Shown here piece after piece: positions 27,301 to 39,194 of a stretch of DNA of 64,000 nt. A program made the position numbers and the translations under genes. Origin of the DNA: Balanoglossus misakiensis (Eukaryota; Animalia; Hemichordata); the NCBI GenBank assembly GCA_040954595.2, contig CM082595.2, positions 6,102,137-6,166,136 on the forward strand, read 5' to 3'. The notes beneath the pieces are model-generated. The model ran no database searches, was not told where the DNA came from, and saw nothing but the letters and a program-made list of their open reading frames with translations. Numbering within the stretch: the first letter of the stretch is position 1; every line of letters begins with the position of its first letter.

Positions 27301-30300
27301 TGGTCTAATTATGTTTACTTGGTTATACATGCACTGTTGCAGGCATGTAATATGGACCGCGGACGATGGATTAATTTTGCAACAGGGAGGAAATTGCCAA
27401 CGAAAGTCCCACAACACAGTCCCCGGAGTGTAAATTACATGCAATTTGCCCGATTCAACATGTTTTTGTATTCAGGTCACAATTACACTTAATGAAAGGA
27501 CCGACCACAACACAAGCGAAGGCCGGTCGCTGAGGGTTTTCAGCCAGGCAAACAATGACATCGAAGCGCAGGCAGACACCGAACAAGAGTTACTGTAATT
27601 CGTCCATTCTCATCCCGAGGACGTCATAGTTCAAGTTCACAGACTCCTAGTTAACACTTACCACTACGACTTACTTCGGATACTATGTCTGAGTTCAGAT
27701 CATGCCGCTGTCACTCTATATCTGCACACAGCCTGCTTAGCTTCAATTCAGATTACAGTTACGCTTCGGGCTCTTAATATGCAAATACTATAATGCCGCA
27801 TTTGTCTTCTTATGCAAATCGACGCGTGGTCTAATTTTAGAGGGCCACCACGCCCATATACACAGTGCTGAACTTTCATGCTGGTATAAGAAAGCTCGGT
27901 TTGTTTAATAATAAAGGTTTTATAAATGTTCACAAGCTCTTCACGTCACGACAACAAAATATTAGTATGTACACATGTAGGCGCGACTGACTATTGGCTT
28001 CGACCAAGACCAAGCGTTATTACATGTATGTGTATACTCAGTTGCAATTGAACTCGCTGATGGTGTGAGAAAACCTCGAAATTCCCGGATGATCACATTG
28101 CAGGGACTCGAGGCGATTTACAAAACAAACTACAAAATTGAAAGTCAAAATAATTCAGATTCGGCTTCAAAATTATGAGATACACTTCATCCAATACCTT
28201 GCTTAGATCTTAAATCTTCAAGGAGGCCTTATTTGAAGCAGGTTTCATCTTCTCACTTCAACGAGCTGCACTCTCTCGCTTACCATCCACGCATCGACGC
28301 CAACAGCCGTAAAGTGTGTGTGGATTATCAACAAATAATTACATCGTTAACCTTGCTGATCCGTCCCTATCCGCCGTTACATTCCACGGCATTCCCTCTC
28401 GGTTCAACTAACAACCCAAAAACAGGAATAAATAGATGAGAACACCCATGTGAGAAGAACCAGGCGGAAAGAATTAATTCTCTGCCGAAAAACCAACATA
28501 TGACCTTATCGTCGCCATTGACAATATTATTCTCCATATCTCATTGCATGACCCCGTCTACTGACGATTTCAACACTTTCTTCCAACTCCCTCGCCACAA
28601 TATCACAAGCTATTGGGAATTAAGTATTCGAATTCATGAAAACTAACTAGTTTACTTAAGGAAAGAGGGGCACACACGGTTATTACACAACATACATGCA
28701 CCTATGCATTTTCCAATTCAACTACAATAACTGCCCATCTTCAAAAGCAAGACACACAATTGATACCAGTACAGACACAGTAATACTAGACATCCTCTTC
28801 AACAAAGACCAACACACAATACACAAGGCATCAATAACATGTAGGAATGACACGTTAAAACAACAGGACAACCAATTTACCAAAAAGAGACTGAATCAGT
28901 GACTGTGGTGATACGAAAACCCTGCACAATATCACCACAAGCCCTGTACGCCCCAATCAAACAAAAATCACTCGTTTTGTTTAAAGCATGTGTACAGCGC
29001 CACCAGACACCTAACAAACTTCTGACTCTAAACTCACTCCTGATGCTATAGATTTTCCTATGGTGAAAATATCTGAACAGTTCTATCAAAAATCAAGCAC
29101 GGTGACATATTAGTTTCTTTATATCATTTGATTATACTTTTGGTTGGCACCTTTCGTGAAAATATCAAGAAAATTACAATTTTGTAACACAGTTTTCTCA
29201 CAATTCTACATGTAAGGCTGCGGAATGCGATAACCATGCACTGCATCTGGGTAGTCTGCCATCTACCTCAACTTGTTCTGGCTTGCTTTAAACATTGACA
29301 GATGACTTATAGCGGTGCTCTTTTGAACGGCATCTCTCGCATTCCCTGTTTCCGTTAATGTCGTCGTTTTGTAACAACTCGTGACGAGGATTCTCGCGCG
29401 ATTCTCATGATATCCATGGCAACGTATGTATGCGCGGAGAGGTACGGATCTCTCTAACTTCCATTTTCGTCGATTGTCAAAAAACAGCTTTTGATGGATA
29501 ACGGAGGGCGTGCAATTATCACCCGTTTTTCGAATAACTACACGCTAATTTGCGTGGCATATGATTTAACACGCGCAGGCGATTATTTATGGCATGGTCC
29601 CATCGTATGTTTTATGGGGGAAGATTTGGCTATCTTTCATTATTGCGCAACTGTCAATTAACATGCGTAAGTTTAGTAAACCCACGATCTAAAACAAAGG
29701 TGTGTTTTTTTATTTATCCTTTCGCTGTCATTAAAAGACAAGTCTTGTCCAGTCTAACCATTAGGAAGAAAACATGGAATTTTCCAATGATCCAATAGAC
29801 ATACACCAATGGATTTCAAAACAAAAATACAAGAAAATTCAGGTTTTTTCGTCATACATGTCTCAGTCGGAGGGTCTACAATACTGCCAGTAAACGGTGA
29901 ATGTATGAGATGCGCAAATATTAATGATAACCTGCTGGCGTTTGTTTTCACGGATGAAAACGATGCACCGTTTGAATCATTGATTATTTTCATTTCTGGG
30001 TGGAAAAAACTTGTATCTAGCAGAGGTTCGCGTTTTGAATAATACATATCCAAATTTACGACGTGAACAACCTCGTACATTCTACCGTCACGGAAGTATA
30101 CACGACCTTATGGACGTGGATGTGCCTGGCTATTGTGCCTCCGCCGGCCGTATGGTGTTATTGCCAACCCGGGGTCATTATAATCAAATTTGTTACAAGC
30201 TTAACATGGCTCCCTTTCAGAGCCCACCTTTTCTTCATATCAGATATACCCTCTTTGTCATTCGCGATTCGCGAGCACTCTTGGTAGATGCGACCGCATT

Positions 30301-31074
30301 GACGGCAGGTGAGTATGTCTCTCTTGTCTCGAAGCACTTTTTTCCAAGAAACAACTTTCATTTGAACTGACCCTCCCATTAACAAGTTAGCTACAAATTT
30401 GACAGCGCACCCTTTGATGTTCATAATATGAATCGTATCATGCATGCGAACTGCTATCATTGTTGATAGTGTTGACATTTGCATTCACGTCCGTCCCGAG
30501 TGATGAAATTCTGGTCACTTTTGCGAGGTGCCCGAATACTACCGGTAGTAGATGTAGGATAGTGGTGGTTCTGAGAGCATACCAAGAAGTCATACACTGC
30601 ACAAAACTATCGGAAACTTATACCAAAAATTCCAGTGTTCTGAATAGTCAGAACATGCGTTTACTTTGCAATAAAACCGTTTCAGATTTCTTTGGAGTGG
30701 ACAACGACCATCAAACGATACCACTTCAGTGAACAAATTTTAGTCACGGCTAAAAACTTTGGTCATTCGGATATGCTTATGATACGACGATGGAATGACG
30801 TTAAGCAAACTACCACATCAACTTTCGTTTAGTCTTATCGTTATTTTCCGATTTTTTCCATCATCAATACTAGATCTATATCACCCATAACTAAAACTAG
30901 ATTCTACCAATGATAGTCACGGTATTATAATGTTTACACGCCATTCTGTAGGTAATGCTTGTACAGCAGATAACCAGGCATGTAGCTGATGCGAAAGGTA
31001 TCTTACGTCTCCCCACCCCTTTCTCCATCTCCGTCTCATAGAACAGAATCCCTTCCAACACAAACGGCGTTAAT

Positions 31075-34000
31075 ATGCTTAGTTTGAGATGTTTGATGGT
31101 GCTTATTGGAATGGCAATCAATAATAGCGATGGTCAAGAAGCCCCTCTCTACCAACCCGACGCCTCAGTCTCCATTGGTATCTCAAACAGGTACATGGTA
31201 ATCCTAAAACAGGTACGTCACTCATTATCAGGAAAACAGGCGCATGGATTAATTTATCTTACTAAATTATTTGCAGTACATTTGGCATTGGGTATTCGGC
31301 ACGCGTGTCTGGTTACCACTAACAGTACTGTAATCTAGTGACATCTACATTCCGCATATTAGGCCAAATTATGTTCGGACTACTTCAAGTTTACGAAATT
31401 TCCCTTTTCCTATGTATCTAATAGTTCATTATTAGATTTCCTAAAACATGGTGAAATGTAAATATTTTTTCGACACAGCCTTTACATCCATATGGACACT
31501 GATGGTATTGTTACAAATGATATTCCGCATATACAAATATTTTCGTAATCGGAGCAGTGATTACTGCCGTGTTAACACATCGCACCTCAAGCATATGAAC
31601 ATGCCATGTATTATCACAAAAAATGAAGTAGCATTCGAGGCAAAGAAAACATAAAGAAGGGAAACCACAGCCACAAAGGTATGACTCCATTCTATTTGTC
31701 CTTCTGCAGGAATACAGTGTTTCCAAGCTTCTGAGCGTGGCTGCCAGGACTGCCAGCCAGGCGGACAACATCGGCAGTTTTGTGGCCATCGAACGACTCT
31801 TTGAAAACCTCTTTCTGGGGTTCAGCGCCGAGATGGATGATCAGACTCTGGCAATGGTGAGTGTTCGTGAGTTTATGATCAGAGGAAATATTAATTTGAT
31901 ATCTAATTATCTTTGATATCCACTTCTGCCATCGCGATTTTAATCAAGACAATACTCGGGTCACTGTAAATAGTTAACGTTAGAAAACCTCAAGGTACTC
32001 CAAAAGTACACACTAGTAAGAATTTGGCAGAATATAAACAAAACCAGGAAGTGAGTGAAGTACTAAAGCCATTACCCTAAAGCTAACCCCAACCCATAGT
32101 ATGACTATCGAACAATAGGAAAACAATGAACAAATGTCGTAATATTAATGCACTTTTGACCACTGCAAAAAGTGTAAAACAAACCTATTTATATACTTCA
32201 TCTCCCTCAAACCTTTCTGTCTGTTAAATGTTATTTTAAAGACGAAATAGTTAATGTCCACACACACATATACGGAGACCGTTCCCACACTCACCACTGG
32301 CTGACTTTAGCAACACCAGCTTAGGGTTTACAAAACAAGAGCTTTTTTATTGAAAAAAACACCAATATTAACATAAATAAACAGGATACCCGTAAGAAAC
32401 AGGTGGAAAATAAAAACGTATACAGCATAAAATATAAACGCCACTTAAAAACGCTCACGCAACTCACAGTCACATATCCTGCTGGAATCAGTAGCGGAGA
32501 AAGTTTTGCACATGCGCAGTCCGGACCGGATAAGCTGCCAGAATGCGTGGGTGGCTATTTTTTGAAATGGCGATCAACTGTGGGGTTGGAAATTTCCATA
32601 AATAATCTGGAAAAATCGCAATCGAGTCAAAAACTAACGTAAAACCCCGAAACTGGGGAAGAAAGTCCCAAACGATACATAAATACAGTCGATTGACATT
32701 CAAATCTACGTAGATGAGAGAAATTTATCCAAAGCAATGCAGACGACGGAGGTGAAGTGTTTCAGCCACGCGGTACGCAGGAAATTAAAGTTTGGCAGAA
32801 ATTTCACAAGGGAAGATCGCGATCGGGACCGCTAACCAAGCAAAAACAAACTCCGCTGGTATACCCTGGCTTGGCTATGACTCCTAAAATACGACAATTC
32901 TCGATTCCCGCTTTTCTATGCCCAAGAAAAGCACCCACGCCGCTGTTGCGAAATCCACTGTCGCGGTCGCAATTGCGCAATAATTTTAGCCACGCACGTG
33001 TGCTCGGGATCTGGACAACATCAATCGACCGTCCCAAGTCGATCACGCCCGGATCGCAGCAAAAACTAGCAAGCGCGATTGCAGTGATTCGCCGAATTAA
33101 TTTTACTGACCTTATATGAAGCTTGAATATCGCTGTAAACTCATCTGAACGAACTACAAGCGCAATTTCCATAGCATCAGTCGGAGCTCCGAGAAACACA
33201 TCCATCTTCGCCCCAGTCCAGCCAGCAGAGTGTAATCCATTCTCAGTCTAGGGGTGGCAGGATGGTCCGCTGATCTTCCATAGGGGTGCGTTTTCACAAA
33301 TTCACATAATTTTACTTTCACTGCACCTTTCAGGGGAATGGACTGTTCCACTGGTGATATGACCATCGTGCACTGGTGTTCTGATGTACAAAATACATGT
33401 ATACTATTTTGAACATCGCCTCACCGTTATATGATGCAATAAACTATTGTCACAGATAGCACCCTGTAATATGAACTTTTCTGAGAATTCCAAAGGGTCT
33501 GATCATGCGGTCAAAATTAGGCATGGAACCGGCTTCACAGTCTGTCTTGAAACTTTGTTCTTCATTCCACAGGTCAGATCTTACCAAGAGGTCGAGTATG
33601 TTGAACAGGATGTACGCCTTGAGACACAGACCACACCCTCACACCTTGACAGGATAGATCAACGCAGTTCTGTCTTAGACGGAAATCCATATTCACCTCT
33701 AAGTAAGGCAATTTTAGTGAACAAGCGTGTGAATGCCAATTTTCCATTACAGATTTTTAATTATGACAGTTGGTGTAAAAGAACTTATACGACTTACTTT
33801 AAAAATCATGTCTCATGAAATCACCGCGCTTCTGAAACTGATAACTATAACACTATACAGAAGTAATGTTTCACACGTGCCAAGTTGCTGAAACTTTTTC
33901 ACAATCTTTTTCTTGCAGATTTCTTTTGTTCATTTCGTTCGTCAACTCGTCAATCTTGTGCTACTTATTAATATTGTGACGTTACTTAGTAACCCTTTCT

Positions 34001-34623
34001 CTGTTAACATCAGTTAAGTTAAGACATAACAATGGAATTGTTATCACGGTGGTGTTTGGTCTGTGAGAATACCGATGTACGTGTATTGTTTAGAACAGAC
34101 AGACAGTGAGAGAGACAGACAGACAAAATCATACACCATGAAATGATTTTCTTTCTCAAGATAACGCCGAAGGTGTAGGGGTATACATCGTGGATACTGG
34201 TATCAAAGGAGATCACGAAGAAGTTGCAGGCAGGGTCAACTTCGTACCTGATGAAAGCGAACGGTGTGATTTTATGCAGGTGAGGGAGGATTTCTAGTTG
34301 TTGTTTTTGTGATAAACCAGAAGACTTTAACTCTCAATACTTGCCACATGCAAGAAATAATACCATTAATTATGTATTAAACATTATTTCTTACAACTGT
34401 CGTGGAATCAAATTTTAGTTTTTCTTTTCTGTATAGGGACAATCGGCCGAAGTTCCCCTTGAACAAATTTGCGGTTTCCATGGCACCGGCATGGCTGCCC
34501 TGGTCGGCGGAAAACAATATGGTGTTGCCAAAAACGTCTCCTTGTATGATGTGCGTGTTTTGGTTGGACGGTGTTACTCCGGAGATCATTTTCTGAGCCA
34601 AGCGATTCACGGTAATTTCCGAA

Positions 34624-34660
<37 letters not shown>

Positions 34661-34731
34661 GTCAGTTAGTCAGTCTATCAATCGATCAATCAATAAGCCA
34701 GAGTCAGATTCAAGCAATCAATCAATCAGAC

Positions 34732-34770
<39 letters not shown>

Positions 34771-36233
34771 CTTAATCAATCGAGCAATCAGTCAATCAAT
34801 CAATCACTTACAACAAATCATATACATTATTCTTTTATATGAATTATTTAATATTCTTTTCTTTTAATTTGAAAGAAAACGTTTCACTTGGCCACTGGCT
34901 TCGTGTGATTTGGCTACAAAAAGGCACACTCCCTGGCTTCCCTAACTGGATTCTTTTGTTTTCACTCAGGTCTTGACATGATCGTTCACCACAGCGTTCA
35001 CCCAGCCGTCATTTTGATGCCTTTCGGTACATCACAGGCGTACCAGTCGGTTAGTTTGACGGCTGCCACGGAGGTCTTGCACGGTCTCGGCTTCACACAA
35101 GTTGCGGCTGCTGGGGAAATTGGTGATGCGTGTAACAATCTGTTTGGCAACGCCCAAAATGTGAGTTGATTTTGATACAACTGGAAATTGTTTTACTCTC
35201 CCTCTCCATGTGCGCGTGTGTCTGTCTGTCAGTATATCCGTATGTCTGTCTGTCTGTATGTATGCATGTATGTATGTATGTATCATATGTATGTATGTAT
35301 GTATGTGTGTATGTATGTATGTATGTATGTATGTATGTATGTATGTATGTACATGTATGTATGTATGTATGTATGTATGTATGTATGTATGTATGTATGT
35401 ATGTATGTATGTATGTATGTATGTATGTATGTATGTATGTATGTATGTATGTATGTATGTATGAATGTTGTCCGACATACTTGTATTTGTTGAATTCCAA
35501 TGTCAAACTATCAGGCCAAATTTAACTATCAACATGTTTATACTGGTGCATTATATGGAACTTGCAGGTGATAAAGTCAGCACGAATGGCAGCAATGTCG
35601 TCAGCTGATATGTATATAGTTGGCAGTACCGGTCAGTGTGTTGACCTGTTCGCACCTGCCGAGGGGGTGACTACGGCTGACACAGCATCCCCAACGGCGA
35701 CCAGGGTTGTCTCGGGTAGCTCTGTCTCTGCTGCTATTGTTGCAGGTAGGTGTTCGCTTGGTTGGGTCAGAAAAGTTCTTCTCCCTGTCATATATACATT
35801 AAAGGTCCCCCATGGAAAATTAGCTATAGTTACCATGGCAAAATGAGATCTAGCCAATCACAGATTTTCATTGGGTGGCACACGCGAAAAAAAAGAGCGC
35901 AACCATATGTTCTTTAGAACACTGAAATGCTCCATTTCAGCCATATGAGGGTGTATGTACATTGGAGGTGACTGTATACCTTTAACAGATCTCAAGCTGT
36001 TTCAAGCTGCCTTGTAACTATGGCGCAAGATTTTTGCATCTGACGCTGTTTTATCTTTGCTCTCTTCTTGTAAAGGTGTTGCTGCAGCTATCTTAGCAGA
36101 CGACCCATCGCTCTCCCCGAGCGAGGTCAGGGACAGACTGCTGGCAGGCGCCACCATGGACACCATTGCACCCATCTCGCCCATGTTACCAGGGACACCA
36201 AACAGAATGGCCTATGTGGGAAGCGATCTCTAA
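31075..36233 (+). CDS. Secreted S8 subtilase, proteinase K/aqualysin/PCSK9-like, with I9 prodomain (411 aa, 8 exons)
   Basis: Exons: 31075-31212, 31710-31856, 33573-33702, 34161-34279, 34437-34611, 34970-35160, 35568-35745, 36076-36233 (1236 nt in frame). Signal peptide; I9 motifs YMVILK, GFSAEM and VEYVEQD; then LDRIDQR, VYIVDTGI (Asp), HGTGMA (His), YGVAK, CVDLFAP, SGSS (Ser) and GTPNR. Confidence 0.92.
34626..34806. repeat. Imperfect (TCAA)n microsatellite
   Basis: Direct observation; intronic. Confidence 0.9.
35219..35464. repeat. (TCTG)n/(TATG)n microsatellite
   Basis: Direct observation; intronic. Confidence 0.95.
35799..35985. mobile_element. Family B MITE copy in the last intron of the subtilase gene
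   Basis: Shares the core and the right end ggaggtgactgtatacctttaa with 42763-42948. Confidence 0.75.
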
Positions 36234-37486
36234 TGAGACACCTTGTGATGGCCAGGATTCCAATGTACCGTACTCTCTGTGATGTTATAAGCAACACGAC
36301 GATTCAGAAGACTAAGCATTGCAAAAAACAAAACCAGCAAATAACTTTATAAAGCCTGAAGCTTTCCTCACAGCAAAAAGTGGAACCATTCGCAGTTGTA
36401 CAAACACAACATGCATGTTTAGTTAACTGTGTGCACATCCCCCCGTCAAGACGTGGTTTCTAAATCCCTGAGTACAGACGAAAAATTATATGAATCAAGC
36501 TTCTGTTGAGTACATTAATGCAACAGTATATTTTATATTCAAATAATTAAACTAATTTCCAAGCCTGCTGTCAAAATTTTAAAATACTTGATTCCGTTCA
36601 AGACTGCCATTGCTATTGTCTTGGAATTCAAACCAGAGTTGTAATTGACTGCTGATGTCACGCTATCCAATGCACGTGGCAGACCCAAGTAAAATAAACA
36701 AACATTTTTTTTGTTTTAATTGTTCTGAATCACTGACTTGCTTTTAATTTGGTTTAACTGTTGAAGCAAGAGTGACACTGCCAAATGCTACAGGTTTCCA
36801 TTAAGGAATTTGAAAACACGATATCTATGACATCATAGGTCATCTGAGGTCAGGGTGCAAAGGGTTAACACTGTGGAGTCTACAGAGTACAAACAATATC
36901 ACTTGCAAGGGAATGGTTTTCGTTCAGATAGACATATTAAAGTCTGTGTAATTTGCAAACAAGCTTGGTGTTTATTTTCAACTGGAATTAATATGTTCTT
37001 TACAAATGCTCTGTTGTGTTAAATTACATGTACAAAGAGATCTATTCAAGCCTTTTGCCACTGCAACTAAATCCAACTCTATAATATTCTATGATAGAAC
37101 TGGTCCAGTACGTTGGCAAATCAGGGGAGAGGGCTAAGCAACACTGAGCCCTTGAAAACAGTACATTAATGTTCATGTCGATGCTTCTTGTACAATAGTG
37201 ATACATGTACATGCACCCCTACTTTCAAATGGTTTGGCCTTCCTCGCCACAGAAAATATAGAGTTCAGTGAATCACTCCACATATATGAAGGGATAGATG
37301 CGTTAGAATTATAGCTGTAATGCTATTTCCCTCTTTAAAAAATCTTGCAAATTGTCCAGTACTGCACACCACACATTAACACAAGTATGATCAAAGTTGA
37401 ATCCAGCTCCACACTACACAGTCAGGGCATAGACATTCAATCACATTCTAGGAAAGTCTTTAAAAAAGTTGTTTGGATTCTAAATT

Positions 37487-38767
37487 TCACTCTTGCTTTT
37501 GCATCACCTGTAAAAAAAGAAAAATAACAAAATTCTTGTCAGGTAATGTCTTAGTATCTAATAACAGAAGCATTTTTCTGGAATGAGTGACACATATTGT
37601 TTGAGGCTTTTAACCCTTTCACCACCGTGGTTTGGTCTTGATCCATTGTTTTCAATGGTAAAGTTGGACCTCTACAGAGGGAAATGGGGTGAATGGGTTA
37701 AAGGTCCCGGATAATCAAAACATGGTAATTCTGTGTTAATGGGCCATGGGGGTTTAGCTGCATTTTGAATTCAGCATGCAAATTCCCACATATTGGTGCA
37801 TACTTTCTAATGCGCTTGTTGTCGGACAAAATAAAAACGTGTAAAACTATATGGTTAATTTGAAATGTGTAAGTACTACCCCTTTTCTCACCTTGACTAG
37901 TTTTCCTCTAAGTGAAAACGGATCTCGAAATTCATGCTGGCAATTTGCATAACCTATACCCAGACCTACACCAGTGCCAAATGCCACTGGCCATGTTTTC
38001 CCTGTAGAAAGAAATGAACAGAAAATTAATAACAGCAATTGAATAATGTTGGAGGGTTAGTCGTTGGTATCACTATATGTGTTGTGTGGAAAATCGTAGT
38101 GTACACCATAAAAAGAGCTCAAATATTTTACCTAGCTCAAGATGACATAACCTCTCGCAACACTGTTTGTGTGCACAAGTACATCGAAAGACGTCCACTG
38201 ACACTCTATAAGGGTCAATCACTTGTGACACCTATTATACCAGGATTTGTACTCCGATATAGCATTTCACATGTCTCCCTTCAAATAGGCAAAGTGGTGT
38301 ACTTACTTTTGAAAAGAAAAACTGAAAATACAACACCCAGGCCAAGTCCAGCCCCTGTAATGGAAGAAAACAATAGTCACGTTTAAAGTGCTGTCGACAG
38401 AGTGCTGAGTACATAACATACAGTGAGTGAGACTTTCCAGCACACGTGCCTGTGAAGCGATCAGCCTGAAGACAGAACCAACCAAATCCAATGATCCATT
38501 AGTGGCATTCGGAGGGCCTTGTCGCATGCACGTAGGCCTTGTACTTTGCAAGTGCACATTCAAGCTGTCTGCTGTCACCGACCGACGGTGTCTTCTGCCT
38601 AATATCAACAGATCGGCTCACAAATTTGCAAAAACTAACGGACAAGTGTTAAAGTATTATACACTCCTCACAACAAGCCACTTACCGGTTTTCACAAGCG
38701 TGTCATATATACACTGGTCCCATTTTATTCCGAGCTGGTCCTCGCTTCTTGCTTCGCTTTCCGCCAT
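37487..38767 (-). CDS. MICOS10: MICOS complex subunit Mic10 (86 aa, 4 exons)
   Basis: Exons 38767-38686, 38354-38307, 38001-37892, 37507-37487 give MAESEARSEDQLGIKWDQCIYDTLVKTGAGLGLGVVFSVFLFKRKTWPVAFGTGVGLGIGYANCQHEFRDP..., with the Mic10 GxGxGxG motifs and basic loop. Confidence 0.95.
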
Positions 38768-39194
38768 GTTGAAATTAAGTGGGATGTGCGCATGTGTAGA
38801 TCTTGCACTAGCAGACGGACTAAACGAAGAATAAAGTTAAATTGACTTACACCAAATTATGAATATAAATCATCCATTTATAATTAAATTTAATGTTTAT
38901 TTAATCACTTAAGAGGATATTTACTCGGTTTGATGAGAGAAATAAGTATATATTCGACTGTATCGATGATGACCTGAGGTAACCCCAAAAGGTCACACTG
39001 GGGTCACAGTAGAGTCACATGACGAAACAGAGTCATGTGCATTACGGAAGTCCCCTTTCGTTAAAACTTGTGGGAGTGTTCGTCAACTTTTGCGCCGGTA
39101 TATCGCTCTCCTCTCCAAATACCCGAAGATCATTATGTAAAATCATACATAGGAGCTGGCTAACTGGTTCGTAGCGTCTTGCGTTCAAGCAAAA
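38768..39194. promoter_or_regulatory. Putative bidirectional housekeeping promoter between MICOS10 and the membrane-protein gene
   Basis: There are 427 bp between divergent ATGs (38767 and 39195). The interval holds an ETS-like CGGAAG(T) near 39045, TGCGCA near 38787 and AGGTCA/TGACCT half-sites, and both starts sit in YY1-like AANATGGC contexts. Confidence 0.5.

Noticed and set aside
32480-33370. GC-richer intronic block with 120-133 aa ORFs
   Set aside because: No recognisable domain, splice logic or terminal repeats; it may be a transposon remnant but I cannot support that.
35032-35525. Several YVCM/HTYI-repeat ORFs (also at 6497, 41664, 46174)
   Set aside because: They are artefacts of (TATG)n microsatellites.
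31075-36233. Calling the subtilase PCSK9
   Set aside because: It lacks the C-terminal Cys/His-rich domain, and orthology cannot be shown without a phylogeny.
38427-38834. 135-aa plus-strand ORF
   Set aside because: It is antisense to MICOS10 exon 1 and intron 1, with no recognisable features.
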